Made by a program: the position numbers and the translations under genes. From assembly GCA_965656375.1 (NCBI GenBank), contig CBFHKH010000001.1:281319-345318 (forward strand): a DNA stretch of 64,000 bases. Reading direction: 5' to 3'. Shown here one piece after another: positions 27,852-38,501 of this stretch; the first letter of the stretch is position 1, and every line of letters begins with the position of its first letter. Below the pieces are notes generated by a model. That model was not told the DNA's origin and ran no database searches. It saw only the letters and a list, made by a program, of their open reading frames with translations. This DNA comes from Minisyncoccia bacterium. GTDB lineage: Bacteria > Patescibacteriota > Minisyncoccia > Phycocordibacterales > UBA9973.

Positions 27852-28784
27852 TTATCGTAAATAGGTATCAATATTTCTTTTATGCTCGCCATAGGTTTTC
27901 GCAAAATGGACTGTACCATCTTTTCCATGAAGATAAAAGAGATAGGGAGATTCGCTTGGATTAATTGCTGCCTGTATTGAGGAAAGTCCTGGGTTTGCAA
28001 TGGGAGCAGTTGGAAGGCCTGTCTTTTTATATGTTTCAGGTGCAGCATCAACTTGAAGTGGCATTCCTTTCTCGAGTCGCTTCCATAATATTCCGGAAAT
28101 AAGATCGATGTCATTTTTGCCCTTTGCTTCTTTTTCCAAAATCGATGCCATGATGATGATATCCTCGAGAGAATGTCCACTCTTACTAATATCTTCCGTA
28201 AGTGTTTTGATCCGCGTAGAAAAGTTTGCGGTTAGATCAGAGATCATTTCATATGATGTTGTAAATGGGAAGAAAAAATATGTATCAGGAAACAAGTATC
28301 CTTGTTTCGCACGAGAATCTGAAAGGAATAGATCTCTTCGGAACGCGGATGTTTTTTGTGCAAGGATATCTGCCATTTCTTCATTTGTAATTCCCTCTTT
28401 AAATGTTATCTTCACTGGATCGATTCGATGTTCACCAGATGCAAGCATCCATGCTACACGCCAAACTGGCATAGTGTAATCAAAGCGGTAATCTCCTCTA
28501 TCAACTTGCCTGTCCATTCTTAAAATTTTAGTAAAAGCTTTGAGAAGTACCGCATGTCTCACAATATTTTTTGCTTCAAGATCCCGAGCAACCGAATCAA
28601 GGGACTCGCCTTGGTCGATATGAACAATTGTTGGCTCTCTATTTGCTCTTCCCTGAGTTATATCAGGCGCCGACATTGCTCTATAGCCCCATATACCAAG
28701 AAGGAGAAGGAGAAAAACAGGATAGAGCACCTTGTGAGAGCGAAAGAAAGAAGGCTTTTTTGTTTCTTCTGATACTTGCTCCAT
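27852..28784 (-). CDS. mltG: endolytic murein transglycosylase MltG (YceG family)
   Basis: N-terminal TM anchor; GYLFPDTYFF and LQVDA motifs. Confidence 0.8.
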   Translation of the reverse strand: MEQVSEETKKPSFFRSHKVLYPVFLLLLLGIWGYRAMSAPDITQGRANREPTIVHIDQGESLDSVARDLEAKNIVRHAVLLKAFTKILRMDRQVDRGDYRFDYTMPVWRVAWMLASGEHRIDPVKITFKEGITNEEMADILAQKTSAFRRDLFLSDSRAKQGYLFPDTYFFFPFTTSYEMISDLTANFSTRIKTLTEDISKSGHSLEDIIIMASILEKEAKGKNDIDLISGILWKRLEKGMPLQVDAAPETYKKTGLPTAPIANPGLSSIQAAINPSESPYLFYLHGKDGTVHFAKTYGEHKRNIDTYLR

Positions 28785-28790
28785 ATTGTA

Positions 28791-30086
28791 TTACATCGGC
28801 AAATTGGAAGGTGGCTTTGCAATCTTTGACTCAATTCGCTTGAAGCTTGGAGTCTCTGAGACCATGCCTGGGAAGTGGAAAATTGTTGCAAGTTCTCGAG
28901 AAGACATTACGAATATTTGTGGAGAGCCAGAAGGAAAGAAAGCAGCAAGGACCTTTGGATATTTAAATGAATATTGGATAGGTGGGTGGAAAAATGTACG
29001 CATTCGAAAGAAATCGAGTGTGCGCTTTTTATATTTAGTAAGAGCAAGCCCTGTAGGATCAGACCATGGTGCATCGAATTGTGTAGAGTTGATACGATTA
29101 AGTTCGTTAACATCAGGCTGTGCATATTGACGCCAGATAAGACGTGAATTACGTCTTAAATTCATAAATTGTTCCTCAGTGCAGAGATTTTTATTCGAGA
29201 GTGTCACCACTCGAATGCCGCAATCGAAATGGATCAAACTCGCATTTTCTACCATTACTTTTACTTTATTCTTGAGTGGTTCTGGAGTACGCATATCCAT
29301 ACCCATAGTATCTCCATTATCATTTCTTTGGATACGAGTATACGGTAAGAGCATATTTTCAATAAATTCATATGTAGCGGCATAGAAATCAATGTGTTTG
29401 CCGGTGTGGTGACTATGATATGTCTTTATGTTCTGACGTATGACAATTTGCACCCACATTTGCTGACCACGAGGCAGTGACCCTAAAAATTCTATAACTG
29501 GTGTAATCGGATCGATCTTGTATTCTTCTTTGGTGCCGCTGTCCATTTCTTCCATGTCTCGATAGGTACGGATCGGCAAGAAATCTTCTTTCATCTTGGT
29601 GTATTCGCACCCCCACATATCCCACTCTCCATTTTTTCGATATTGAGGAACATGGAGTGTATAATCTTCGGCTTCAACGACTTTCGCTTGCGGATACTGC
29701 GCGTAGATCTGTGTTTCTACGAGCTCCCGCATACGAGACGGAGTACGTATAAAGAAGTGAACTTTGCCATCAATGGATGCCATCTCAAGTGAGAACCAGA
29801 ACCATGGTGCACCTTGGATGTATTGCTCCCAAAAACCTTTTATACTTTTTTGATAGAACGCATTTGAGAATATTAACTCCATGGCTGCCGGAGATTTAAT
29901 GACATCGCGTGGAACATGAATCTCGAGAAGCACCCACTTGATACCCATGATGAAGCGCTCCTGGCGATAGTGATGCCAGAGTCTAAGCGCGATCATGGTC
30001 AGTGGAATAGGCATCAGATACCCGATCGTGACGAGAAGAATTTGCACAAGATTAAAACTATGAGTAGCAAAGAAATCTGAAAGCAT
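28791..30086 (-). CDS. hypothetical 431-aa membrane-anchored protein
   Basis: N-terminal TM segments, large soluble domain, no assignable motif. Confidence 0.5.
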   Translation of the reverse strand: MLSDFFATHSFNLVQILLVTIGYLMPIPLTMIALRLWHHYRQERFIMGIKWVLLEIHVPRDVIKSPAAMELIFSNAFYQKSIKGFWEQYIQGAPWFWFSLEMASIDGKVHFFIRTPSRMRELVETQIYAQYPQAKVVEAEDYTLHVPQYRKNGEWDMWGCEYTKMKEDFLPIRTYRDMEEMDSGTKEEYKIDPITPVIEFLGSLPRGQQMWVQIVIRQNIKTYHSHHTGKHIDFYAATYEFIENMLLPYTRIQRNDNGDTMGMDMRTPEPLKNKVKVMVENASLIHFDCGIRVVTLSNKNLCTEEQFMNLRRNSRLIWRQYAQPDVNELNRINSTQFDAPWSDPTGLALTKYKKRTLDFFRMRTFFHPPIQYSFKYPKVLAAFFPSGSPQIFVMSSRELATIFHFPGMVSETPSFKRIESKIAKPPSNLPM

Positions 30087-30249
30087 AATTAATTTGTATA
30101 TACTTCGGTAGTAGTTGTCGTTGTTTCGCGTACACTTGATTTGGATACAGAGAACATGCCTATGAGTATTGCTGCGATAACAAGACCGATAATTATCATA
30201 ATGATATGTATAATACCTCTATTGTACATATACCTAGTATATCATATCA

Positions 30250-30288
30250 AAAAAGAAAATCCCTCTGATCAGAGGGATTTTCTTTTTA
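30250..30288. terminator. hairpin gaaaatccctctgatcagagggattttc with flanking A/T runs
   Basis: perfect 12-bp stem; abuts the stop of the 30289 gene. Confidence 0.6.
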
Positions 30289-31320
30289 TTAGAGAGCGCT
30301 GTAAAGTCCTGCTTTGTTCTTTTTGAAATATTTTGAGTTCTGAAGATTAACGAGAATGGTATTTTTCTTGAGGTACCGCTCCTTCATAACCTGTTCGACG
30401 ATATCTTCTTTTGACATTGGGCCATTCTTTCGAAGAAGCTCTTTAATCACATCACGCACTACACCGGACTTATATCCCCATTCTGAAAGTGCGTAAATAC
30501 CGCGACCGACAAGTACAAAACGAGGATCTTTGATGAGTTCATTGTGGCATGTTGCAGTGTGACACTTCTTGTCGAATGTATTTGCAACTGCTTTTGCAAC
30601 TTCACGGAAGTGCATTGGTGAGCCGTGCTTACGCATCATAAGGAATGCATAGTCTTTGACCCCTCGAGTTTTGATACTCGAAGAGGTAGCCTTGCCCCAC
30701 TCTCCGAGAGGGTTGCGGCTAATATTTTTAGACATACTGAGCCAACGTTTTGCCATTTCTTCATTTTTGTATTGTTCAGAAAGGTCTTTCACTTCATCAA
30801 GGAATCGAGCTATAAGCTCAGATTCAGGAACAAGCTCATCATCTGAAAGATTTTCAAAAAGATTCTTGAGTGATTTATGTACTTCTTCTGATACATCGCT
30901 ATCGACACTCCATCTTGTTTTAAAATCATCGTCTTCTTTGTGTTTTGTAAATTCATCACCAAGAGTCAAATAGAGATGAATATGATTTTGTGTAAGTTTA
31001 TCTTTTGAAAGATGATTCAACAGATCCTGTTCAGAAACAATTGCTCCGAGGGTATGTATAAGCTTTTTTAATTCTTCGAATACAGCCTTTTCATCTTTGA
31101 ATGCTTGAGATTTTCGTATTAGCGCAAGTGCTGCGTTCTCAATCTGGCGAACACGCTCACGTGTGATACCGTATTTCTGGCCGATAGCTTCAAGTGTCTT
31201 CCGCTGTGCATCATCAGTGAGGCCAAAGCGATTTGTGATCACCTCGTAGGCGCGATCAGGCAGATGTGAGAGCATCCGCTTTGTAACTTGCTTTGGTTTA
31301 AATGTAACAGTGGTGGCCAT
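30289..31320 (-). CDS. sigma-70 region-4 HTH protein with two C-terminal HARE-HTH-like winged-helix modules
   Basis: N-terminal YEVITNRFGL..QRKTLEAIGQKYGITRERVRQIENAALALIR (sigma r4); C-terminal HFREVAKAV...RFVLVGRGIYALSEWGY and SKEDIVEQVMK...KYFKKNKAGLYS. Confidence 0.55.
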   Translation of the reverse strand: MATTVTFKPKQVTKRMLSHLPDRAYEVITNRFGLTDDAQRKTLEAIGQKYGITRERVRQIENAALALIRKSQAFKDEKAVFEELKKLIHTLGAIVSEQDLLNHLSKDKLTQNHIHLYLTLGDEFTKHKEDDDFKTRWSVDSDVSEEVHKSLKNLFENLSDDELVPESELIARFLDEVKDLSEQYKNEEMAKRWLSMSKNISRNPLGEWGKATSSSIKTRGVKDYAFLMMRKHGSPMHFREVAKAVANTFDKKCHTATCHNELIKDPRFVLVGRGIYALSEWGYKSGVVRDVIKELLRKNGPMSKEDIVEQVMKERYLKKNTILVNLQNSKYFKKNKAGLYSAL

Positions 31321-31425
31321 ATGAATAAAAAATTAAAGTTATAATTAAATTTGTATTTTTATAATATCACTAGTATCAAATAAAGTCAACTTTTGTGGTA
31401 AAATCGGTTAAAAAACCCAGAATAC

Positions 31426-33243
31426 CTATTTTTTACTAGTTGTTTTTGCCTTTGCTCGTGCGGTCTCAGTAAGGAATTTCTTGCGTAAACGGACGTTCTT
31501 TGGTGTAATTTCGAGGTATTCGTCGTCTGCCATAACTTCGAGACCACGCTCAATCGAGAGTTTATATGGGGGCTTCACATTAATTGCTTCATCGGCACCA
31601 CTTGAACGCATGTTTGAGAGCTGTTTACCCTTTGTAGGGTTCACAGACATCTCTTCCCCTTTTGTTACGTTTCCAACTACCATTCCTTCGTACACTTCAT
31701 CACCGTGTTCAATATACAATGTACCTCTTTCCTGAAGAGTCCAGAGTGAGAACGCTGCCGTTTTACCGGCAATCATAGAAGTCATTGAGCCGACATCGCG
31801 TTTCTTTATCTCTCCTGCGTATTCACGAAATTCGATAAACCGTGATGCAAGCAAACCTTCTCCTTTTGTATCGACAACAAACTGACCTCTATAGCCCAAG
31901 AGTCCGCGTGTAGGGATATCAATCAACATACGAGTGATGCCTTCTTTCTCATGCATGTTCGTGATCATTCCACGTCGAGCGGTGAGTTTTTCGATAACTG
32001 CTCCAGCGTATTCATTACGAACATCGATAGTCACTTCTTCATACGGTTCCAATTTTTTGCCACCTTCTTCTTTTATAATAACGTGTGGCTGCGATACTTG
32101 GAGTTCGTATCCTTCGCGACGCATATTCTCAAGTAAAACTGCAATATGAAGTTCTCCGCGACCATAGACAAGGTATCCTTCTTGCATCTCTTCTTCATCC
32201 GTACCATCAAAATTTATTTTAAGCCCTACGTTGATCTCGAGCTCCTTCTCAAGTCGTTCTCGAATCTGACGACTCGTAACGTATTTTCCCTCACGGCCCG
32301 CAAATGGTGAATCGTTAACCAGAAAGTTGAGAGAGATAGTCGGCTCATCGATCGCGATAGAGGGAAGCGCTTTTGTATCTGTAGTATCAGTAAGTGTCTC
32401 ACCGATAAAGACATCTGAAATACCAGCGATAATAGCAATATCCCCTGTGCCGAGAACATCAACTTCTTTACGAGAAATACCTTCGAATGTAAACATTTTG
32501 GTAATACGCGCATTGCGTGAATTACCTTTGTCATCTTTGACGATAAGATTTGAACCAGTCTTTATAGATCCTGCATATGCGCGAGCGATCGCAAGACGAC
32601 CGAGAAAGTTATCATATCCCAAATTAAACACCTGAGCTTGGAATGGCGCATCGTGATCTTTTGAGGCTTCTGGAACCTCTTGTAGCACAAGATCAAGAAG
32701 TGGAGTGAGATCTTTAGATTCATCCTCCAAATTTAGCTTTGCAATTCCTTGGCGACCAATTGCATAAATAGTTTTAAAGTCGATTTGTGCGTCTGTCGCG
32801 CCGAGTTCTATAAAGAGTTCGAGAATCTCATCATGAACACGGTGTGGATTCGCAGCAGGTTTATCGATCTTATTTATCACAACGATTGGTTTGAGGCCAA
32901 GTTCGAGTGATTTCTTGAGTACAAACCGGGTCTGCGGCATCGGACCCTCTTGAGCATCAACAAGAAGAAGAACCGAGTCAATCGCACGAAGCACACGTTC
33001 TACTTCTGAACCAAAGTCGCTGTGGCCCGGTGTATCAACAATATTGATTTTAGTCCCTTTGTAATTTACCGAAGTATTCTTTGAGTAAATGGTAATACCA
33101 CGCTCTTGTTCGAGAGCGTTTGAGTCCATTGTGGCACCGTCATCATTCATGCCACATTGCTTCATTAACTCATCGGTAAGTGTGGTCTTACCATGGTCCA
33201 CGTGAGCGATGATAGCGATATTTCGAATTTCTGTTGGTTTCAT
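31426..33243 (-). CDS. typA: translational GTPase TypA/BipA
   Basis: [14 protein letters not shown]1, DTPGH G3, NKID G4, EF-G-like domains. Confidence 0.92.
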   Translation of the reverse strand: MKPTEIRNIAIIAHVDHGKTTLTDELMKQCGMNDDGATMDSNALEQERGITIYSKNTSVNYKGTKINIVDTPGHSDFGSEVERVLRAIDSVLLLVDAQEGPMPQTRFVLKKSLELGLKPIVVINKIDKPAANPHRVHDEILELFIELGATDAQIDFKTIYAIGRQGIAKLNLEDESKDLTPLLDLVLQEVPEASKDHDAPFQAQVFNLGYDNFLGRLAIARAYAGSIKTGSNLIVKDDKGNSRNARITKMFTFEGISRKEVDVLGTGDIAIIAGISDVFIGETLTDTTDTKALPSIAIDEPTISLNFLVNDSPFAGREGKYVTSRQIRERLEKELEINVGLKINFDGTDEEEMQEGYLVYGRGELHIAVLLENMRREGYELQVSQPHVIIKEEGGKKLEPYEEVTIDVRNEYAGAVIEKLTARRGMITNMHEKEGITRMLIDIPTRGLLGYRGQFVVDTKGEGLLASRFIEFREYAGEIKKRDVGSMTSMIAGKTAAFSLWTLQERGTLYIEHGDEVYEGMVVGNVTKGEEMSVNPTKGKQLSNMRSSGADEAINVKPPYKLSIERGLEVMADDEYLEITPKNVRLRKKFLTETARAKAKTTSKK

Positions 33244-33261
33244 GTACTAGTTGTGTAATTA

Positions 33262-33292
33262 GGATAAAAAATAAAACGCCATGTGGCGAAAT
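33262..33292 (-). terminator. weak intrinsic terminator downstream of rseP
   Basis: cgcca-tg-tggcg stem then T-run on the minus strand. Confidence 0.35.
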
Positions 33293-33333
33293 GTAAATTT
33301 AATATATCATAGATTTTTAAGAATGTAAAATAC

Positions 33334-34428
33334 CTATAATAATTTTACAATGTCATTATATGTGATAACTACCATAAGTATCATAAGTAAAATGAAACCA
33401 ATGGCATTGGCAGTATTTGCAAAACTCGGCTTGATTCGAGATCCTTTTATTTTTTCTATTAGCAGGAAGAGAAGTCGCCCACCATCAAGTGCTGGGAATG
33501 GTATAAGGTTAATTACTGCGAGATTGATAGAAATAAGTGCAGTAAATGAAAGAAGATAGATGAATCCAAACTCTGCTGCATCCCCTACTACTCCGACAAT
33601 TCCCACAGGTCCAGTCACAGAAGAGAGATTCCCATGGCCCATAACACTATCATGTATGAGCGTATAAAATCCATGTACTGTTGCAAGAACAATATTCCAT
33701 GAAAGTTTTAATCCTTCCCAGAGTGCTTTGTGAATTGGGAGTTTTAATGTGCCAATAATATCCATACTAATACCAATCATCGGTGTATGAGTTGTCTCAT
33801 TTGTTTCTGGAGTAATTATTGTTTCTTGATTTGCTTTGCCTCGTATATATGAAACAGTAATAGGTTCACCATTGTGCCGTCTAACAAAGTACTGCACACT
33901 CTCTGCTGAAGGAGTTTCGGTGGTATCTGTAGGTGTTTCTAGATGCATGATCTTATCACCAATTTTAAGTCCAGCTTTTTCTGCAGGAGAACTTGCCACA
34001 ACACTTGTAACAGTAAGAGCTTGATCATGTATTGTCACACCGCTTGGTGCTGTACCGACTGATGTTGGAAGTCCAGACATGAATCCAACAGAAAGCAGCA
34101 GCCACGCAACAAGGAAATTCATGACCACCCCGGCGACCATTACCGAAGCTTGAACAGCTTTAGATTTATAGACAATACTCCGTGCTTTATCAGGACCATT
34201 GATAGAATCCTCATCTGGATTCTCACCAAAGATCTTTACATATCCTCCAATAGGAAACGCATTAAAACGGTATGTAGTCTCACCTCTTTTAATACTCAAC
34301 AGTTTTGGACCCATGCCGAATGCAAATTCATCTACGCGTATACCGTTTTTCTTTGCAACAATAAAATGCCCCCATTCATGAGCAATAACGAGCACAAGCA
34401 AAATTAGTATAAAAATAATAATATTCAT
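33334..34428 (-). CDS. rseP: RseP-like site-2 protease (M50 family) with PDZ domain
   Basis: HEWGHF (HExxH), PDZ region (GLKIGDKI), C-terminal LIPFPALDGG. Confidence 0.88.
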   Translation of the reverse strand: MNIIIFILILLVLVIAHEWGHFIVAKKNGIRVDEFAFGMGPKLLSIKRGETTYRFNAFPIGGYVKIFGENPDEDSINGPDKARSIVYKSKAVQASVMVAGVVMNFLVAWLLLSVGFMSGLPTSVGTAPSGVTIHDQALTVTSVVASSPAEKAGLKIGDKIMHLETPTDTTETPSAESVQYFVRRHNGEPITVSYIRGKANQETIITPETNETTHTPMIGISMDIIGTLKLPIHKALWEGLKLSWNIVLATVHGFYTLIHDSVMGHGNLSSVTGPVGIVGVVGDAAEFGFIYLLSFTALISINLAVINLIPFPALDGGRLLFLLIEKIKGSRIKPSFANTANAIGFILLMILMVVITYNDIVKLL

Positions 34429-34441
34429 TTAAGTTTTAAAA

Positions 34442-35026
34442 TTATATCACAAAATCTTGTATCTTCTTAATAACAGCAGGGTTACTGAGATCAATTTTTG
34501 CAATATAAATAACGGGCTCTGGAGAAGGAACTTTCGAATTCTTCATATGCACCTGAGAAACTTCGAAACCAAAAGACTTATAATTATTAAGTGATTTTTG
34601 ATTCCAAGCTATGAAACCAGCATCAGCTTCAGTTCCACCTCGTTTTAATATTTCTTTAAGTCTCAGAGCTATCATTTTCTTCTGAATACCCTGACCTCTA
34701 AATTCTCTTTTTACATAATCCCATTGAAGTCTCCAGATAGTATCTGTTTTGGATTTTTTAATAGCACGTCCAAATCCAGCATATTCGGTTTGAGTTTTTG
34801 GTAATACAAAAATTTTATCCTGGGAAAGTATGTCATTTTGCCACTCTTCTTTCGTTTTATTTTTTTCTTGCTCCAATTCTTCTTCTGTGATATATCCAAA
34901 CATTTCAGAATAGTCACCCGATATTTCCAAAAGTCTAAGTTCTTTGCATTTTTCCCAATCATCTATAGTTGCAAATTCTATTTTTACAGGAGCTTGCTCT
35001 TGATGGGGATTAAATCTTTCTATCAT
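34442..35026 (-). CDS. GNAT family N-acetyltransferase
   Basis: motif A FRGQGIQKKMIALRLKEI. Confidence 0.55.
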   Translation of the reverse strand: MIERFNPHQEQAPVKIEFATIDDWEKCKELRLLEISGDYSEMFGYITEEELEQEKNKTKEEWQNDILSQDKIFVLPKTQTEYAGFGRAIKKSKTDTIWRLQWDYVKREFRGQGIQKKMIALRLKEILKRGGTEADAGFIAWNQKSLNNYKSFGFEVSQVHMKNSKVPSPEPVIYIAKIDLSNPAVIKKIQDFVI

Positions 35027-35030
35027 AGAG

Positions 35031-35585
35031 TTAATTCATCACATCTATTTCTTTCTTTGCAAATATTGCTTCGAGGTTTTGGTTCGATTCATCAACACAT
35101 TTCTGAATATCTTCTTTTGCTCGCTTCATATCGTCTTCTGGCATATCTTTGAGATTGTCCATTTCGTCCTGGCGTGCTTTACGAACACTGATACGAGCAT
35201 CCTCGAGTTTTTCTTTTAAGATCTTCGCAAGTTTTGTACGATTCTCTGTTGTAAGCATTGGAAATATAACCCGAACACCATCACTATCGGACATGACTGA
35301 AAGCCCAAGGTCAGCTTCATTAATTGCGCTTTCTATATCTCTGATTTGATTTTTGTCCCATGGAGCGACGCGAAGTGTTTTTGAATCCTCGATTGTTATT
35401 CCTGCGACATTTTTGATGGGCATTCTCGATCCATAGCTCTCAACTGAAATACTATCGAGGATCATTGGAGTTGCTTTACCAGTATGCACTGAAGAGTACT
35501 CCTTCGAAAGCCATTCTTCTATTTTTCGTAATTCTTGTTTTAAATTCGCCGTATTGTATGCCATATAAAATATATTATAGCACAA
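35031..35585 (-). CDS. frr: ribosome recycling factor
   Basis: RRF pattern (ISVESYGSRMPIKNVAGITIEDSKTLRVAPWDK...). Confidence 0.9.
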   Translation of the reverse strand: MCYNIFYMAYNTANLKQELRKIEEWLSKEYSSVHTGKATPMILDSISVESYGSRMPIKNVAGITIEDSKTLRVAPWDKNQIRDIESAINEADLGLSVMSDSDGVRVIFPMLTTENRTKLAKILKEKLEDARISVRKARQDEMDNLKDMPEDDMKRAKEDIQKCVDESNQNLEAIFAKKEIDVMN

Positions 35586-36273
35586 GGGCTATGTGTTCTA
35601 AAATCATTTTCACCGAAGCTCCCGGCGTGCTTAAATAGTCACGGCTATTTTCTAACTCTCTCAGAATAAATCTTATTTTTTCATCTTTTATATTTGATTT
35701 GAACTTCTTATATAGTGTGCGCTCTATTTCATTTATAAGGGCTGTAGCTTGGTATCGAAGCTCACCGCTTGTCTCATTGTCTTTATTTTCTTTTATGAGA
35801 TCAGCTACCAATTCAATTCGTTCCCGTGGCGTTGATTTGATGAAAGCTTCTGATTTCTTTGACGGAGAATCACCAATCCCGCCTACCTTTATAAGGTGGG
35901 TTCGAGACTGAATCGTATCGGCAAGCATAGCGGCACGTGGCACAACAAGAAAAAAGTGTGTGTCAGCTTGCGGCTCTTCAATGATCTTAAGGAGAGATTG
36001 CTCAGCTTCCCGATTGATAAACTTTGCTCCGATGATACAAACTCTTTTCTGTTCGGTAAGACCACGAGTACTATGCCATTCCTTTATAGTCTGTGCGTCA
36101 GCAATCGTAAATGATTCATATATATGGTGAAAAAAATCTGGATTACGTGCTCCTATATCTTCGCGTCCTTCGAGAAATACACGCAGAAGATCGACGGTAT
36201 CACTTGGATCCCCTTCGACGATATAACTATGATAGAGATCGGTTGGAAAAAGTTTTGCCAAGCTATTCATAGC
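35575..36273 (-). CDS. holB: DNA polymerase III delta-prime subunit-like (clamp loader)
   Basis: HSYIVEGD..., LLKIIEEPQADTHFFLV box; start chosen at MNSLAKLF to avoid overlap with the upstream gene. Confidence 0.6.
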   Translation of the reverse strand, partial: AMNSLAKLFPTDLYHSYIVEGDPSDTVDLLRVFLEGREDIGARNPDFFHHIYESFTIADAQTIKEWHSTRGLTEQKRVCIIGAKFINREAEQSLLKIIEEPQADTHFFLVVPRAAMLADTIQSRTHLIKVGGIGDSPSKKSEAFIKSTPRERIELVADLIKENKDNETSGELRYQATALINEIERTLYKKFKSNIKDEKIRFILRELENSRDYLSTPGASVKMILEHIALVL

Positions 36274-36274
36274 T

Positions 36275-37342
36275 TTATTGTACCTCAAGCGGGAATATAT
36301 CCGAAAGTTCGCCAGAATAATAGAATTCGTATGCAATATCTCCGAATGCATAATCGACTCCGTTTATATTTATGATCGTTCCACCTACTTTTGGATCTGC
36401 TTTTGGCTGTGAATAATAAAATCCAAGATTATAGAGCGTAGCAAGTACATCCGGTCGATTGCTAATATCATATCCAGCTTGCTTCCACTGGGCTTCTATT
36501 TGCCTCATATAAAGTCCAATATACAAATATGAATAATATGGATTCTTTGGATCAGTAATACGCGTAAGTCGAGCACTTTCGGTATCTTCTCCTGGGCTAT
36601 AATCAACTATATGTTCCATATCTCTACCCAGATAAAACGGTGATTTAGTATCTTTCAAATATGTCTCAATGGTCGCAACAGTTTTAGGCTTGAGTCCAGC
36701 GATACCGAATGAAGTATTCGAAAGTGAAGCAAGAATTTTGAGTGGTTCAAAATAGCTTTTGAAAGATTCGCGTCTACTATTGAAAAATCTAAATTGTTCG
36801 CCAATCACACCTGAGAGGATGAGTCGCGGTGAAATACCTGCATCATGTGCAGCTTTCCGAATAATATCCTGATCACGAGTAAAGACATTTTTCATCAGAT
36901 CCCACTGATCAGTATCTGCCCAGTTGAACGCGGAAAGCGGAACATTGAATGTTTGCGTGCTCGGAGCATTACAATTATTCATGAGAATACGAAAGCTTGG
37001 ATCACTTTCGAAGCGTTTAGAAGCAACACGGACCATTTGCTGAAGAAGAGTCTCAGTACCACCCCGCGAAAGAGTTTTATAAATATTTGTAGCAGTTAAC
37101 GGCGCGTATTTACCAAGCACATTTATCCGGCACGTAAGAACGAGATCGCTCGAAAGAGTATGTTCATCATTCGATGCTTTTTGGATATTGAAATATGAAT
37201 TACGCTCAGAGATAGACCCCTTTACGTTTAGGAGGCCTGTATGCATCGCTATATATACGGCCACAAATATAAGCCCTATCACAGCAAAGATATAGAGAAG
37301 TACGCGAAATATTTTTTTGTAAATATTTGTAGTATATTTCAT
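36275..37342 (-). CDS. hypothetical N-terminally anchored protein downstream of mreB
   Basis: single N-terminal TM, about 320-aa soluble domain, no motif. Confidence 0.5.
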   Translation of the reverse strand: MKYTTNIYKKIFRVLLYIFAVIGLIFVAVYIAMHTGLLNVKGSISERNSYFNIQKASNDEHTLSSDLVLTCRINVLGKYAPLTATNIYKTLSRGGTETLLQQMVRVASKRFESDPSFRILMNNCNAPSTQTFNVPLSAFNWADTDQWDLMKNVFTRDQDIIRKAAHDAGISPRLILSGVIGEQFRFFNSRRESFKSYFEPLKILASLSNTSFGIAGLKPKTVATIETYLKDTKSPFYLGRDMEHIVDYSPGEDTESARLTRITDPKNPYYSYLYIGLYMRQIEAQWKQAGYDISNRPDVLATLYNLGFYYSQPKADPKVGGTIININGVDYAFGDIAYEFYYSGELSDIFPLEVQ

Positions 37343-37344
37343 TC

Positions 37345-38364
37345 TTATCGTTTACTGAGAATTGTTTTTTTGTATGTATCGAGGTGATTAAGAGCTTCCC
37401 CTGTTCCCTTTGCAACACAAAGAAGCGGCTCATCAGCAACACGAGCTTTGACACCAGTTCGTCTATAGATCAAATCAGCGAGATTCCGAAGCTGCGATGT
37501 ACCGCCCGTCATAATAACACCATCATCTATGATATCTGATGCAAGTTCCGGTGGTGTCAACGCAAGGACATCTTTGACTGCGTTGATCATCATACGCAAT
37601 TCTTTATCAATAGCGCGTACAATCTCGTTTGTAGATATTTGGGCTGTGCGCGGAAGCCCTTGGATGAAGTCACGTCCTTTGATAGTAATGACAAGTTCTT
37701 CTTCAAGCGGCACTGCTGCACCAATTTTCATTTTAATTGCTTCAGCTGTTTTGTCCCCGATTGCCAAATTGAATGTCTTTTTAATATAGTCAGCAATTGC
37801 CTGGTCGATCTTGTCTCCCGCGCATTTGACTGATGTCGAAGCGACAATACCGCCAAGAGAGATAACTGCAACGTCTGTTGTTCCTCCCCCAATATCCATA
37901 ATCATATGACCTTTTGATTCTTGAATAGGGATTCCCGCACCAATAGCAGCAAGAATTGGTTCCTTCACAATATATGCGTTCTTTGCCCCAGCACGAACTG
38001 CTGCTTCGATAACTGCACGGCGTTCTGTTGAGGTGATACCTGCAGGTACGGAGACCATCACATCCGGTTTCCAGAGATTATATTTACCAAGAGCTTTGTT
38101 TATAAAATACCGGAGCATTGCTTCAGTGACCCGATAATCAGCGATCACTCCATCTTTCATCGGACGGTATACAATAATGCTTTCTGGGGTTTTACCGATC
38201 ATCTCCTTTGCCTCAAGTCCGATAGCAAGTATTGAATTATCTTGCTCTGAAACAGCTACCACTGAAGGCTCATTTAAAACAATGCCTTTTGTTGGCAAAT
38301 ACACAAGAGTATTGGCAGTCCCTAGATCTATACCTAATTTTTTAGAAAAAAATGCCATATGCAT
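37345..38364 (-). CDS. mreB: rod shape-determining protein MreB
   Basis: LGIDLGTANT, DIGGGTTD, full actin fold. Confidence 0.95.
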   Translation of the reverse strand: MHMAFFSKKLGIDLGTANTLVYLPTKGIVLNEPSVVAVSEQDNSILAIGLEAKEMIGKTPESIIVYRPMKDGVIADYRVTEAMLRYFINKALGKYNLWKPDVMVSVPAGITSTERRAVIEAAVRAGAKNAYIVKEPILAAIGAGIPIQESKGHMIMDIGGGTTDVAVISLGGIVASTSVKCAGDKIDQAIADYIKKTFNLAIGDKTAEAIKMKIGAAVPLEEELVITIKGRDFIQGLPRTAQISTNEIVRAIDKELRMMINAVKDVLALTPPELASDIIDDGVIMTGGTSQLRNLADLIYRRTGVKARVADEPLLCVAKGTGEALNHLDTYKKTILSKR

Positions 38365-38432
38365 TGCTACTATAGCATAAAATTATAATAACTAAGTATA
38401 TTTCATACTAGTGTTTGATATCAAGATTAGAT

Positions 38433-38461
38433 TTGACAAAATTTAAGAAATACATTATAGT
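38433..38461 (+). promoter_or_regulatory. sigma70-like promoter TTGACA-17-TATAGT upstream of the 38502 gene
   Basis: consensus -35, exact 17-nt spacer, near-consensus -10. Confidence 0.5.
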
Positions 38462-38501
38462 TTTTAAAAAATAATTACATTCAACTTTAAAAAACCAACT
38501 C

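Noticed and set aside
30141-30326. Small hydrophobic ORF (MPMSIAAITRPIIIIMICIIPLLYIYLVYHIKKENPSD) upstream of the 30250-30288 terminator
   Set aside because: It could be a real small membrane peptide, but the listed ORF reads through the terminator hairpin, and the hydrophobicity is partly a by-product of the AT-rich sequence. Not enough support to call.
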